A stretch of 59,938 nucleotides of DNA from an uncultured bacterium (GTDB lineage: Bacteria > JADJOY01), in the NCBI GenBank assembly GCA_964450125.1, contig CAYVDO010000002.1:1-59938 (forward strand). The letters run 5' to 3'. Made by a program: the position numbers and the translations under genes. The stretch's first letter is position 1, and every line of letters starts with the position of its first letter. A model generated the notes under the pieces. It made no database searches, was not told the origin of the DNA, and saw only the letters and a list, made by a program, of their open reading frames with translations. This document shows positions 23,265 to 33,390 of the stretch, piece after piece.

Positions 23265-23319
23265 CCCGTACACCGGATGTGGCACCTGCTGGCACGGCCT
23301 CGCTTCTCGCGATGATTCC

Positions 23320-23348
23320 TTGCTTATTCCTAGCGCTATTGATATAGT
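23320..23348 (+). promoter_or_regulatory. Candidate sigma-70-like promoter for the HNH/DUF222 gene (TTGCTT-17 nt-TATAGT) in the only AT-rich stretch of the window
   Basis: Hexamers and spacing read directly. The ATG is at 23379, preceded by ggaga. Confidence 0.35.
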
Positions 23349-23362
23349 GAACATATATTCAC
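23347..23362. promoter_or_regulatory. Imperfect palindrome GTGAAC-ATAT-ATTCAC overlapping the -10/+1 region; candidate operator
   Basis: 5-bp perfect arms GTGAA/TTCAC. It resembles a GAAC-N4-GTTC (Cheo-type SOS box) with one mismatch. Confidence 0.35.
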
Positions 23363-23378
23363 CATACGGAGAAACAGC

Positions 23379-24785
23379 ATGGTCTGGCAAGACGAGGTAG
23401 CAACACGAGATCGCGAGATGGAAGCGCTCATGGCAGAAGTCACGATTCTCGCAGCACACATCAGCGCAGCAACGTACCGATTCCTCGTGCTGTTACGGCG
23501 GCTCGACGAGATCACGAGCTGGGCTGGCGAAGGCATCGCATCGGCGGCCCACTGGCTGAACTTCCGGTGCGGGATGAACCTGCGGACCGCCCAGGAGCAC
23601 CTTCGGGTGGCGCATGCGTTGCCGTCGTTGCCTCGCATCAGCGCATCGTTCGCGAAGGGCGAGCTCAGCTTCTCGAAGGTGCGAGCGATGACGCGGGTGG
23701 CCACGCGGGCGAACGAGGACTACTTGCTCGACTTCGCGCGCTCGGGAACCGCGTGGCACGTGGAGCAGCTCATTCGAAAGTATCGAAGCTGCGAGCGCAC
23801 GCGAGAGATCGCCGAGGCCAGAGCACAGCACTCGGAACGGTCACTTCAGTGGTGGTACGACGGTGATGGCTCGCTCGTGTTCCGGGGTCGGCTGCCCGCG
23901 GAGATCGGCAGCCTCTTGGTGTCCGCTCTCCAGGCAGCGCAAACCGAGCTGAGTCGGCGCGCGGAGCCCGTCTCAGGCGAGGGCCCGACTGAATCTGACG
24001 ATTCCCACAGGGCGCCTGTGGATGAACGTTCCGCTGAACGCACTGATCCCGCGGCGACGCCGCCCTGGGTACCCGAGGAGCACGAGCCGCGCGAAGCGCT
24101 GCGGGCCGACGCACTGGCGCTCTTGGCCGAGTCGTTCCTGGCGCATGGCGGTGCAGCGCTCAACGGCGGGGAGCGTTATCTGCTTCAAGTTCACGTCGAC
24201 GAAACCGCGCTACCCGAAAATGGTGCTGGCACGCGCTGTCACCTCGACGAGGGCCCGGCGATCGCGGCAGAGACCGCGAGGCGAATCGCGTGTGATTGCA
24301 GTCGCGTGTGCCTCCACGACAACGAGCATGGTGAGGTGCTCAGCGTGGGGCGCAAGACACGCCAGATTCCGCCTGCGATTCGGCGCGCACTTCGCTCACG
24401 CGACGGCGGCTGCAGGTTTCCCGGCTGTACCAATCGCCGATTCGTGGACGGCCATCACGTCCAGCACTGGGCGGATGGCGGCGAGACGAGCCTCGAGAAC
24501 CTGGTGACGCTCTGCCGACTCCACCACCGCCTCGTTCACGAGGGTGGCTATGGCGTGGCCGTCGGCGAAGCGGGGGTCGAGTTCACGGATCCGCGAGGGC
24601 GCGTGCTGCGCTGTAAACCCGTCATCGTCGACGAAGCGCTGGCGACACTCACCGCCGAACACGAGAAGGCTGGGATTCGGATCGACGCACAAACCATCCG
24701 TCCCCACGGCTGGTATGGCGAGCCAATCATCTGGCCGTGGGCGGTGGAGAGCCTCCTCGATCGAAGCCGACCACCGGCAGGGTGA
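23379..24785 (+). CDS. DUF222 + HNH endonuclease domain protein
   Basis: HWLNFRCGMNLRTAQEHLRVAHAL..FAKGELSFSKVRAMTRVAT (DUF222-like). C-terminal HNH: CRFPGCTNRRFVDGHHVQHWADGGETSLENLVTLCRLHHRLVHEGGY. Confidence 0.85.
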   Translation: MVWQDEVATRDREMEALMAEVTILAAHISAATYRFLVLLRRLDEITSWAGEGIASAAHWLNFRCGMNLRTAQEHLRVAHALPSLPRISASFAKGELSFSKVRAMTRVATRANEDYLLDFARSGTAWHVEQLIRKYRSCERTREIAEARAQHSERSLQWWYDGDGSLVFRGRLPAEIGSLLVSALQAAQTELSRRAEPVSGEGPTESDDSHRAPVDERSAERTDPAATPPWVPEEHEPREALRADALALLAESFLAHGGAALNGGERYLLQVHVDETALPENGAGTRCHLDEGPAIAAETARRIACDCSRVCLHDNEHGEVLSVGRKTRQIPPAIRRALRSRDGGCRFPGCTNRRFVDGHHVQHWADGGETSLENLVTLCRLHHRLVHEGGYGVAVGEAGVEFTDPRGRVLRCKPVIVDEALATLTAEHEKAGIRIDAQTIRPHGWYGEPIIWPWAVESLLDRSRPPAG

Positions 24786-26589
24786 ACCAGAAGCGGGCGC
24801 CGCCGTCGTCGTCGTCCTCGACGCCGATGCGGCCACCGTGAGCGTCGACGATCTCCTTGGCGATCGAGAGGCCGAGCCCGGAGCCGCCCGGGGGGGCGCC
24901 GGGGGCGCGGAAGAAGCGATCGAAGATCCGCTCGCGTAGCTCCGGCGCGACACCGGGACCGCGATCGCGAACCTCGAAGCGGACGACGCCCTCGTCGAGA
25001 CGGGCGCCGAGGCGAACGGTCTCCCCGCTGGGCGTGAAGCGGATCGCGTTGGTGATTAGGTTCGAAAGCACCAGGGCGATCCGATCGCGGTCGGCGAGCA
25101 CCTCCGGGAGGTCGAGGATCACGTCGGTCTCGATCTCGACGCCGCGATGCCGCGCGTCGGCGAGATGGCGTTCGCGCGCGTCGTCGAGGAGCGCCGCCGC
25201 ACGGACCGGATGCAGCGCCAGATCCACCTTGCCCGATTGCAGGCGCGCGAGATCGAGAAGGTCTTCGACGATGCGTTGCAGACGTTCGCAATCGTCGCGC
25301 CCGGCGTACAGAAGCTCGCTTTGCTTCGCGGTCAACGGACCGGCCGCGCCTTCCAGGCAAAGATGGATGGCCATGCGCAGCGACGTGAGCGGGGTGCGGA
25401 ACTCGTGGGCCACGGTGGCGACCAAGTCGTTCCGAAGCTCGTCGAAGCGGCGCAGCCGCGTCACGTCCTGGAGGATCACGGTGACCCCGCTGACGCCGGC
25501 ACCGCCGTAGAGCGGGCTCGCCCGCGGCAGCAGGTACGAGTCGCCGCCGCTCGCCGGCACGCGCACGATCTCCTCGAACCCCCGCGGTGCGTAGGGGCCA
25601 CGTCCGGCGAGCACGTGATCCACGACGCGCTCGATCGCGCTGCGCACTTCGGGCTCGGCGCGCACCAGCGGGCTCTCGCCCGGCGGCACGTGCCACGCGT
25701 CGAGGAGCTTCTCGGCGGCCTCGTTGAGGCTGGTCACGTTGCGTTGCGTGTCGAACACCATGACCGCGTCGGGGAGGCTGTCGATCGCCGCTTGCGACGT
25801 TTCCTGGGCCTGCAGTAGCTCGCCGAGGGTGCTCTGCCGGTACTGGCTCACGCGCTCGGCCATCTCGTTGAACTCGCGACCGAGCTCGCCGATCTCGTCG
25901 TGGGTTCGCACCGCGGCACGCACCTCGGCGTCCCCCTCGCCGAGGCGGCGCGCAGCGTTGGTGAGGGCGTCGAGCGGCCGCAGCAAGCGCGTCGTGAGCA
26001 CGGTGGACGCGCCCAGCCCGACGAGCAGTGCGACCAGCGCCACCACGCTCACGACCTGGTTTCGCCGCGCGGCGTCGGCGAACGCGGCGTCGCTCTTGCG
26101 CAGCATCGCGTCCTGGTTGAGGTCGAGGATCGCATCGGCGTCATGCTTGATCGCCGCGAACTCGGGAGCCAGCTCGGCGAAATACGTGGCCTCGAGATCG
26201 GCCCCTGCGACCGCAGCGGCCAGGCGCTCGAACGCCGCGCGGTAGCGATCCCACGACGCTCGCAGCCGCGCCGCGGCCTCGCGCTCGCCGCGCTCGGTGA
26301 TGTTGCGCTCCTCGACCGCGAGCTCCTCCTCGAATCGCGAAACGTTCTGACGAGCCTGCGCGCGCGCTTCGTCGACGTGCCCGACCACCAGGAAGAGTGC
26401 AGCACTGTCGAGGCGCTCGATGGCCTCCTTCATGCGCTGCGCGGCGAGGACGCTGCGGTAGTTGTCGGCGAGGATCGCCTGCGAGCTCGCGCCGAGCGCG
26501 GAGACCGTGAAGACGGAGATCGCCCCCACCGCGACCAGCGCGACCGCGAGCGGGATCTGCGCCAGCAGCAGCTTGGTCCGCAGGCTCAT
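24727..26589 (-). CDS. Sensor histidine kinase (periplasmic helical sensor, HAMP, PAS, HisKA, HATPase) linked to the kdp operon
   Basis: Start MSLRTKLLLAQIPLAVALVAV, whose ATG overlaps the stop of the KdpD N-terminal gene (ATGA at 26586-26589). H-box VATVAHEFRTPLTSL. G-boxes GSGLGLSIAKEIV. Confidence 0.85.
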   Translation of the reverse strand: MSLRTKLLLAQIPLAVALVAVGAISVFTVSALGASSQAILADNYRSVLAAQRMKEAIERLDSAALFLVVGHVDEARAQARQNVSRFEEELAVEERNITERGEREAAARLRASWDRYRAAFERLAAAVAGADLEATYFAELAPEFAAIKHDADAILDLNQDAMLRKSDAAFADAARRNQVVSVVALVALLVGLGASTVLTTRLLRPLDALTNAARRLGEGDAEVRAAVRTHDEIGELGREFNEMAERVSQYRQSTLGELLQAQETSQAAIDSLPDAVMVFDTQRNVTSLNEAAEKLLDAWHVPPGESPLVRAEPEVRSAIERVVDHVLAGRGPYAPRGFEEIVRVPASGGDSYLLPRASPLYGGAGVSGVTVILQDVTRLRRFDELRNDLVATVAHEFRTPLTSLRMAIHLCLEGAAGPLTAKQSELLYAGRDDCERLQRIVEDLLDLARLQSGKVDLALHPVRAAALLDDARERHLADARHRGVEIETDVILDLPEVLADRDRIALVLSNLITNAIRFTPSGETVRLGARLDEGVVRFEVRDRGPGVAPELRERIFDRFFRAPGAPPGGSGLGLSIAKEIVDAHGGRIGVEDDDDGGARFWFTLPVVGFDRGGSPPPTAR

Positions 26590-27782
26590 CGCTCGCCTTT
26601 GGGCCCTTCGGCCGAGACCACGTGCAGGTCGAAGCCTTCGGCTTCCTCGAGCAGGCGCCGCACCACGTCGCGTCGCCGCAGGCGGCTCAGCCACGACGAC
26701 GACGGCCGCCCCAGCACGATGTCGCTGACGCCGTGGGTGCGCGCGAAATCCAGGATGGCCGGTGCCGGATCGTGGGCCTTGAGCTTGACCACTTCCGCAC
26801 CCAGCTCGCGCGCCAGCGCGATCGCATCGTGCAGGTGCCGCTGCGCCGTGGCATCGATGCGCAGCGGGTCCTCGTTGGGCGTTTGAACGTAGACCATGTA
26901 CCAATCCGAGCTGAGCCGGCCCGCCATCCGCGAGCCGCGCCTGAGCAGCTCGCGGGCCCGCGGCGAGGCCGAAGCCACGCACACCATCACCCGCGACGCG
27001 GCCGGCCGCCGCCCGCCTGCTGCGCGACCGTTGCCCGTGGGTGCTGCCGCGCGCTCGACGCTCTCGGCCACCTCGCGCAGCACCAGCTCGCGCAGCGTGG
27101 TCAGGTTCGCGTCCTGGAAGAAGTGCGCGAGGGCCCACTCGATCTTGTCGCCGGCGTAGATCTTCCCGGCGCGCAGCCGCTCCAGCAGATCCTCCACGGC
27201 GAGGTCCACGGTCACGACCTGATCCGCGAGCTTGAGGAACGTGTCGGGGACGGTCTCGTGGATCGTTACGCCGGTGGCGCGCTCCACCAAGTCGTTGAGC
27301 GATTCGAGGTGCTGGACGTTGAACGCGCAGATGACGCTGATGCCGGCCTCGATGAGCGCCTCGATGTCCTGGTGCCGGCGCAGGTGCGTGCTGCCCGGCG
27401 CGTTGGTGTGCGCGACCTCGTCCACGATCGCCACCTGGGGACGGCGCGCGAGGATCGCCTCGAGGTCCATCTCCTCGATCACCACGCCGCGGTACTCGAT
27501 GCGCCGCCGCGGCACGCATTCGAGCGCGCCGATCAGCGCCGCGGTCTCGGCCCGGCCGTGCGGCTCGACCAGGCCGATCACCACGTCGACGCCGCGCTTC
27601 ACGAGCGCGTGCGCCTCCTCCAGCATCCGGTAGGTCTTCCCCACTCCGGCGGCAAACCCCAGATAGACCTTGAGGCGGCCGCGCTTGGCGCGCTCGACCA
27701 GCTCGAGGAAATCCTCCGGACGTTTGCGCTCGACGGGGCTCACACGGGGCTCAGGTGGGTGGCGACGCGAGGGATGGTGCAC
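26586..27782 (-). CDS. kdpD: KdpD N-terminal sensor domain + Usp domain protein, without transmembrane or kinase parts
   Basis: RGRLKVYLGFAAGVGKTYRMLEEAH...VDEVAHTN...NVQHLESLND, followed by a Usp-like C-terminus. An alternative GTG start at 27743 would remove the overlap with kdpC. Confidence 0.85.
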   Translation of the reverse strand: MHHPSRRHPPEPRVSPVERKRPEDFLELVERAKRGRLKVYLGFAAGVGKTYRMLEEAHALVKRGVDVVIGLVEPHGRAETAALIGALECVPRRRIEYRGVVIEEMDLEAILARRPQVAIVDEVAHTNAPGSTHLRRHQDIEALIEAGISVICAFNVQHLESLNDLVERATGVTIHETVPDTFLKLADQVVTVDLAVEDLLERLRAGKIYAGDKIEWALAHFFQDANLTTLRELVLREVAESVERAAAPTGNGRAAGGRRPAASRVMVCVASASPRARELLRRGSRMAGRLSSDWYMVYVQTPNEDPLRIDATAQRHLHDAIALARELGAEVVKLKAHDPAPAILDFARTHGVSDIVLGRPSSSWLSRLRRRDVVRRLLEEAEGFDLHVVSAEGPKGER

Positions 27783-28407
27783 CGAACTGCCGATCGAGCG
27801 CCAGGTTCACCCGCAGCACGTTCACCGTGGGCTCGCCGAGAAATCCGAGCGCGCGGCCGCGGATGTGGGCGCGCATCACGTTCTCCACCCGCTCCACCGC
27901 GACGCCGCGCGCCTTCGCGATGCGCGGCACTTGCCAGAGGGCGGCGGCTGGCGAGAGGTGCGGATCCAGCCCACTCGCGGACGTGGTGACCAGATCGGCG
28001 GGCACTGCGTGCTTCGCGTCTGGGTTCTCCACCTCGAGCCGTCTCACGTCCGCGGCCACACGATCGCGCAGCTTCTGGGAGGTCGGGCCCAGGTTGGAGC
28101 CGCCCGAGCTCGTGGCGTCGTAGCCGTTCGTGCCGGCTGCGGACGGACGTGGTTGCAGATAGCCCGGATTCGCGAAGGCCTGCCCCACCAGGCTCGACCC
28201 GACGATCTCGCCCGCCTCGTTCCTCACCAGGCTGCCGTTCGATTTCTCGGGGAAGAGCAGCTGCGCGAGGCCCGTCACGGCGAGCGGATAGAGCAAGCCC
28301 GTGAGCACGAGGGTCACCATCACGGTGCGCACCGCCACGACCAGCTCGTGCCTCACGTCAACGGGAACGTCGTCCGTCCGGATCTCGGCGATGGCTTCTC
28401 GTCTCAT
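27751..28407 (-). CDS. kdpC: K+-transporting ATPase subunit C
   Basis: LTGLLYPLAVTGLAQLLFPEKSNGSLV...GSNLGPTSQKL...VTTSASGLDPHLSPAAALWQVPRIAKARG. Confidence 0.9.
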   Translation of the reverse strand: MRREAIAEIRTDDVPVDVRHELVVAVRTVMVTLVLTGLLYPLAVTGLAQLLFPEKSNGSLVRNEAGEIVGSSLVGQAFANPGYLQPRPSAAGTNGYDATSSGGSNLGPTSQKLRDRVAADVRRLEVENPDAKHAVPADLVTTSASGLDPHLSPAAALWQVPRIAKARGVAVERVENVMRAHIRGRALGFLGEPTVNVLRVNLALDRQFGAPSLASPPT

Positions 28408-28426
28408 GGCGTCGTTCCTCGAGTGG

Positions 28427-30478
28427 TCAGGCGAGCCCGATCACGGTCAACGCCACGTCGATGAGCTTGATGCCGACGAACGGCGCCACGACGCCGCCCA
28501 CGCCGTAGATCAGGAGCGAGCGCCTGAGCAGCGCGGCCGCACCGATCGGGCGATAGGTCACGCCTCGGAGCGCGAGCGGGATGAGCAAGATGATGATGAG
28601 GGCGTTGAAGATCACCGCCGCGAGAATCGCGCTGAGCGGCGAGGTCAGATGCATGATGTTGAGCGGAGCGATCTCCGGGTAGGCCGCCATGAAGATCGCC
28701 GGCAAGATCGCGAAGTACTTCGCGACGTCGTTGGCGATCGAGAACGTGGTGAGCGTGCCGCGGGTCATGAGGAGCTGCTTCCCGACCTCCACCACCTCGA
28801 GGAGCTTGGTGGGGTTGGAGTCGAGGTCGACCATGTTGCCGGCTTCCTTGGCAGCTTGGGTGCCGGTATTCATGGCCACGCCCACGTCCGCTTGCGCGAG
28901 CGCGGGCGCGTCGTTGGTCCCGTCGCCGGTCATCGCGACGAGCTTGCCCTTCGCCTGCTCCTCGCGGATGAAGCGCATCTTCATCTCGGGAGTGGCTTCG
29001 GCGAGGAAATCGTCCACGCCAGCCTCGGCAGCGATCGCTCCCGCGGTGCGCGGGTTGTCGCCGGTGATCATCACGGTGCGGATGCCCATGGCACGGAAGC
29101 GCGCGAAGCGCTCCTTGATACCTTCCTTCACCACGTCCTTGAGGTGAACCACGCCCAGGATCTGGCGACCCTCGGCGACGGCGAGCGGCGTACCACCGGA
29201 CGAGCCGATGCGGTCCGCCACGTCGCGGAGCTCCTTCGGAACCGTCCCGCCCTGCGATTCGACCCATTGGGCGACCGCGTCGACCGCGCCCTTGCGAATC
29301 GGACGGCCATCCAGATCGCAGCCGCTCATGCGCGTCTGCGCGGTGAACGGGATGAAGTGGGCGCCGAGTCCCACGATGTTGCGGGCGCGAAGCGCGAACC
29401 TCTCCTTCACGAGCACCACGATCGAGCGTCCCTCGGGGGTCTCGTCGGCGAGGCTGGCGAGCTGCAATGCGTCCGCCAGGTCCTCGATCCGCACGCCCGC
29501 CACGGGAATCAGCTCGTGCGCCATGCGATTGCCGAGGGTGATGGTGCCGGTCTTGTCGAGGAGTAGCGTGTCCACGTCGCCTGCCGCTTCCACGGCGCGG
29601 CCACTCATCGCGAGGACGTTCTTCGAGAGCAGACGATCCATGCCGGCGATGCCGATCGCGGACACCAGCCCGCCGATCGTGGTCGGGATCAAGCACACGA
29701 GCAGCGCCACGATCACCGTCACCGAGAGCGTGATCTTCGAGTAGAGCGCGAGCGGCACCAACGTCACGCACGCGAACAGGAACACCAGCGTCAGCCCCAC
29801 CAAGAGGATGTGCAGCGCGATCTCGTTGGGCGTCTTCTGCCGCGCCGCGCCCTCGACGAGACCGATCATCCTGTCGAGGAAGCTCTCACCCGGATTGGCG
29901 CCGATCCGCACCACGATCCGGTCCGACAGCACCTTGGTGCCGCCCGTGACCGAGCTGCGATCTCCGCCGCTCTCGCGAATGACCGGCGCCGATTCGCCCG
30001 TGATCGCCGATTCGTCGACGGAGGCGATCCCTTCGATGACCTCGCCGTCGCCGGGGATCAGCTCGCCGGCGTCGACGACGACCACGTCATCCTTCGCGAG
30101 CTGCGAGGCGGGGACGACCTCCTCACCGATGCCCACGCGCCGGCGCGCGGTGGTCTCCTTGCGCATGCGCTTCAGCGTCTGCGCCTGGGCCTTGCCTCGT
30201 CCCTCGGCCACCGCCTCGGCGAAGTTGGCGAAGAGCGCCGTGAACCAGAGCCACAGCGCCACGGAGCCCGTGAACCACGCCGGCTCGGCACCGGCGGTAG
30301 GCGCGAACACGTTGCGGATCCAGACCACCGCCGTCAGCACGGCTCCCACACCCACCACGAACATCACCGGATTCTTGGCGAGCAGCCGAGGATCGAGCTT
30401 GGCGACGCTGTCGATCGCCGCGCGGCGGAGGATCACGGGATCGAAAAGCGACTTGGCGGTCTTCTCGTGGCGACTCAT
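28427..30478 (-). CDS. kdpB: K+-transporting P-type ATPase subunit B
   Basis: Start [17 protein letters not shown]; the ATG overlaps the kdpA stop (ATGA). DKTGTIT phosphorylation motif, [26 protein letters not shown]. Confidence 0.95.
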   Translation of the reverse strand: MSRHEKTAKSLFDPVILRRAAIDSVAKLDPRLLAKNPVMFVVGVGAVLTAVVWIRNVFAPTAGAEPAWFTGSVALWLWFTALFANFAEAVAEGRGKAQAQTLKRMRKETTARRRVGIGEEVVPASQLAKDDVVVVDAGELIPGDGEVIEGIASVDESAITGESAPVIRESGGDRSSVTGGTKVLSDRIVVRIGANPGESFLDRMIGLVEGAARQKTPNEIALHILLVGLTLVFLFACVTLVPLALYSKITLSVTVIVALLVCLIPTTIGGLVSAIGIAGMDRLLSKNVLAMSGRAVEAAGDVDTLLLDKTGTITLGNRMAHELIPVAGVRIEDLADALQLASLADETPEGRSIVVLVKERFALRARNIVGLGAHFIPFTAQTRMSGCDLDGRPIRKGAVDAVAQWVESQGGTVPKELRDVADRIGSSGGTPLAVAEGRQILGVVHLKDVVKEGIKERFARFRAMGIRTVMITGDNPRTAGAIAAEAGVDDFLAEATPEMKMRFIREEQAKGKLVAMTGDGTNDAPALAQADVGVAMNTGTQAAKEAGNMVDLDSNPTKLLEVVEVGKQLLMTRGTLTTFSIANDVAKYFAILPAIFMAAYPEIAPLNIMHLTSPLSAILAAVIFNALIIILLIPLALRGVTYRPIGAAALLRRSLLIYGVGGVVAPFVGIKLIDVALTVIGLA

Positions 30479-32202
30479 GATCCGAACACCTTTCCGCCGG
30501 CTGCAGCGAAGTGCTCGAGGATCGGCCCGAGGCAGAGCGCAGGAAAGAACGTGAGCGCGCCGACGATGACCACGACGCTCACCAGCAGCACGACGAACGT
30601 GGCTCCGTCGGTCGGGAACGTCCCCGGACCCGCGACGACGGTCTTCTTGCCGACCATCGAGCCGGCGATGGCGAGCGCCGGCAGGATCATCCAGAAGCGG
30701 CCCGCGAGCATCGTGAGCCCGAGGGTGGTGTTGTAGAAGCGGGTGTTGGCGTCGAGGCCGGCGAATGCCGAGCCGTTGTTGCCTGCGCCGCTCGAGAACG
30801 AGTAGAGGATCTCGCTCAGCCCGTGGGGCCCGGAGTTGCCGAGTGACGAGATCCCGTAGGGCGCCACGGCCGACCACGCCGCGAATCCCAGGATGATGAG
30901 CGGGAAGATCAACACGTAGAGCATGGCGAGCTTCATCTCGCGCGCCTCGATCTTCTTGCCCAGGTACTCGGGCGTTCGCCCCACCATCAACCCGGCGATG
31001 AACACCGCGAGCAGCGCGTACACCAGCATTCCGTAGAGCCCCGCGCCGACGCCGCCGAACACCACCTCGCCGAGCTGGATGTTGAAGAGCGGCACCAGCC
31101 CGCCGAGCGGATTGAAGCTCGAGTGCATGGAGTTGACCGCTCCACACGAAGCGTCCGTCGTGACGACCGCGTAGAGCGCCGAGCTCGCGATCCCGAAGCG
31201 GCACTCTTTCCCTTCCATGTTGCCGACGCTCTGATCGACCGCCAGCCCTGCCAGCGCGGGATTGGGCTTGGATTCCGCCCAATACGCCACGGTGATGCCC
31301 ACGGCGAAGAGCAACGCCATCGCGCCGAAGAGCGCCCAGCCTTGGCGCTGGTTCTTCGCCATGCGCCCGTAGGTGTAGGTGAGCCCGGCGGGAATCGCGA
31401 AGATCGCGAACATCGACACGAAATTCGTGAAAGGCGTTGGGTTCTCGAACGGATGCGCCGCATTGGCGTTGAAGAAGCCACCACCATTGGTTCCGAGCTG
31501 CTTGATCGCCTCCTGCGAGGCCACCGGCCCCATCGCGAGGATCTGCTTGGCGCCCTCGAGCGTGGTCACTTCCCGATACGGCGCCAGGTTCTGGATCACG
31601 CCCTGCGACACGAGCACGAGCGCGCAGACGATGGAGAGCGGCAGCAGCACGTAGAGCGTCGCGCGAACGACGTCGAGCCAGAAGTTCCCGAGCGACTTGG
31701 GACCGCTCGGTCCGGCGCGGCGCGTGAGACCGCGCGCCAGCGCTAGCGCCACGCCGAGGCCCGCCGCCGCCGACACGAAGTTGTGCCAAGCGAGACCCGC
31801 CATCTGAGTCAGGTAGCTCATGGTGGATTCGCCGGCGTAGGCCTGCCAGTTGGTGTTGGTGGTGAAGCTGACCGCGGTGTTGAACGCGAGCGTCTCGCCG
31901 ACTGCGGGAAAGTGCTGCGGATTCCAGGGCAGGCCGCGTTGAAGCCGTTCGATGCCGTAGGTCACGAGCACACCCAGGCCACTGAACGCGAGCAACGCCG
32001 CCGCATACCCCTGCCAGCTCTGCTCGCGCGTCCGATCGATGCCCACCAGGTGGCACAACCCTCGCTCGAGGGGACCCAAGACGCGTGGCAAGGGCTGCGC
32101 GGTTCCCTCGAATACCCGGAACATGTAGATGCCGAGCGGCTTGCTCACCGCCAAGATCGCGAGCGAGTAGAAGAGAATCTGAAACCACCCGTTGGCCGTC
32201 AT
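30475..32202 (-). CDS. kdpA: K+-transporting ATPase subunit A
   Basis: [27 protein letters not shown]..., 575 aa, with the characteristic KdpA selectivity-filter-like repeats (NTNWQAY, GTNGGGF). Confidence 0.95.
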   Translation of the reverse strand: MTANGWFQILFYSLAILAVSKPLGIYMFRVFEGTAQPLPRVLGPLERGLCHLVGIDRTREQSWQGYAAALLAFSGLGVLVTYGIERLQRGLPWNPQHFPAVGETLAFNTAVSFTTNTNWQAYAGESTMSYLTQMAGLAWHNFVSAAAGLGVALALARGLTRRAGPSGPKSLGNFWLDVVRATLYVLLPLSIVCALVLVSQGVIQNLAPYREVTTLEGAKQILAMGPVASQEAIKQLGTNGGGFFNANAAHPFENPTPFTNFVSMFAIFAIPAGLTYTYGRMAKNQRQGWALFGAMALLFAVGITVAYWAESKPNPALAGLAVDQSVGNMEGKECRFGIASSALYAVVTTDASCGAVNSMHSSFNPLGGLVPLFNIQLGEVVFGGVGAGLYGMLVYALLAVFIAGLMVGRTPEYLGKKIEAREMKLAMLYVLIFPLIILGFAAWSAVAPYGISSLGNSGPHGLSEILYSFSSGAGNNGSAFAGLDANTRFYNTTLGLTMLAGRFWMILPALAIAGSMVGKKTVVAGPGTFPTDGATFVVLLVSVVVIVGALTFFPALCLGPILEHFAAAGGKVFGS

Positions 32203-32235
32203 GAGAATTCTCCGCCGTGCGTTCGAGGCGCGTGC

Positions 32236-32325
32236 TCAGAACCGCTCGGGACGGATCAGGGCGTAGACGAGGTAAGCAGCGAGCGCGATGGCGAGAACGC
32301 CGCCGAGTGCATGTTCGAGCGTCAT
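32236..32325 (-). CDS. kdpF: K+-transporting ATPase subunit F (29 aa)
   Basis: Hand translation of the minus strand: [29 protein letters not shown]. The [11 protein letters not shown] ending is typical of KdpF. It lies 33 nt upstream of kdpA and is below the ORF-track size cutoff. Confidence 0.8.
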   Translation of the reverse strand: MTLEHALGGVLAIALAAYLVYALIRPERF

Positions 32326-32359
32326 CGATGAACGTCCCTTTCCAGCCTCGAGCGCGCGC

Positions 32360-32443
32360 TCAGAGTCGTTCGCACAGGCGTACGTAGCCCCAAGAGACGA
32401 TGAAGAAGGCCACCGTCACGGTGACGTAAACGAGATCCAACAC
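32360..32443 (-). CDS. Candidate 27-aa hydrophobic micropeptide upstream of kdpF
   Basis: Hand translation: (V)LDLVYVTVTVAFFIVSWGYVRLCERL. GTG start preceded by GGAGG at a 5-nt spacing. No homology claim. Confidence 0.35.
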   Translation of the reverse strand: MLDLVYVTVTVAFFIVSWGYVRLCERL

Positions 32444-32470
32444 GTGAGCCTCCAGGCTCGTTCGAATGAT

Positions 32471-32872
32471 TCAGGGGGTCGTGACGCCGCGAGGATTCTG
32501 AGGCGGCGCACCTACTGGAATCACCTTCGAGATCGAGTGCATGCACTCGGCCGTACACTCGGGCAGCCAGCTCAGCACCGTCGCGCGGTGGCGGCATTCC
32601 GCGTCGAGGGCCGGTTCGGGATCGGCGAGGCACACGCTCTCGAACGACGCCAGCTCGCGTTCGTAGAGCGCAGCCCGTGCGGGATCTGGGAGGCGCCGAA
32701 TCGCTCGTTCCTCGGCGCCCGTCCACCAGAACCAGATTCCCAGCGCGACGGCTACGATCGCCACCCAAGACAGGACGCGGCGGACGTTCACCTCGAGCGG
32801 TGAAGTCGGCTGGGCGAGCGGGGTCGGCTCTTCATCGATTCGACACGGATTGCGCTCGTTCATGGCGACCAT
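32471..32872 (-). CDS. Hypothetical single-TM protein with four Cys in the C-terminal domain
   Basis: ORF 32471..32872. TM segment VLSWVAIVAVALGIWFWW. GC-rich third positions. No recognised family. Confidence 0.45.
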   Translation of the reverse strand: MVAMNERNPCRIDEEPTPLAQPTSPLEVNVRRVLSWVAIVAVALGIWFWWTGAEERAIRRLPDPARAALYERELASFESVCLADPEPALDAECRHRATVLSWLPECTAECMHSISKVIPVGAPPQNPRGVTTP

Positions 32873-33390
32873 CGTTTAGGCAAGCGGCGTGCCGATGCCC
32901 GACAGGCTGCTGAACGTGAAAACCGCGTTGTTTGCCGCGGCTTGGCGCATGGAGACGTGCACGTTGCACGAGGCTTTCGTCCCCCGTCGTGCGTGTTGCA
33001 CGAGAGTGGGGCCGGGCCGCCGTTCAGCGACCGCGAGTCCCGGCGAGCGACCTCGCGCAACGTGGCCGCAGGCTCCGGGCTCCTCCTGCAGTCGCCCGGG
33101 CAGCGCGCTCGCATCGAGGTGATCGGAAGCGAGCCGTCGAGCACACGCCCACCATCGCGGTGCCGCGCGGTCTCGAGGCACCTCGGGCGCGGCAGCTCGC
33201 CGAGAGCGCGATCGTGCAACTCGCACGGCTTCCCGGAGGCGAATCGTGCCGATTGCACGGTGCGAGGTGGCCCGTACGCACCGATTGCCCGGACTCGTCG
33301 AGATCTCTGCGACGCCTTCGGGCACTGCGTTCGCGCAATCCCCGCGGTTCCGCTGCTCGGATCCGCTCGCGATGCGTTCCCGGAGATGAG

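Noticed and set aside
23280-23295. TGGCAC-N4-TGGCAC direct repeat that looks like a sigma-54 -24 element
   Set aside because: There is no TTGC -12 element at the right spacing on either strand. It is probably chance or a different binding site.
26590-27519. N-terminal 310 aa of the 930-aa ORF 24727..27519, which would make one giant kinase
   Set aside because: This part is an alternative frame over the KdpD-N/Usp gene and is Arg/Gly/Ala-rich. The kinase has a clean start (MSLRTKLL...) overlapping the KdpD-N stop.
32873-33390. Possible c-di-AMP (ydaO-type) riboswitch or sigma-54 promoter in the 500-bp region between the kdp-side genes and the KimA-like remnant
   Set aside because: I looked for the ydaO landmarks as I remember them (CGCUnAAUC, GGGGAnCCA, GGGGUGAAUC, CAGCUAACCUCGUAAGCG). 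Only a weak cgcgcaatcc was found. No TGGCAC-N5-TTGC was seen either. A covariance-model scan would be needed to exclude it formally.
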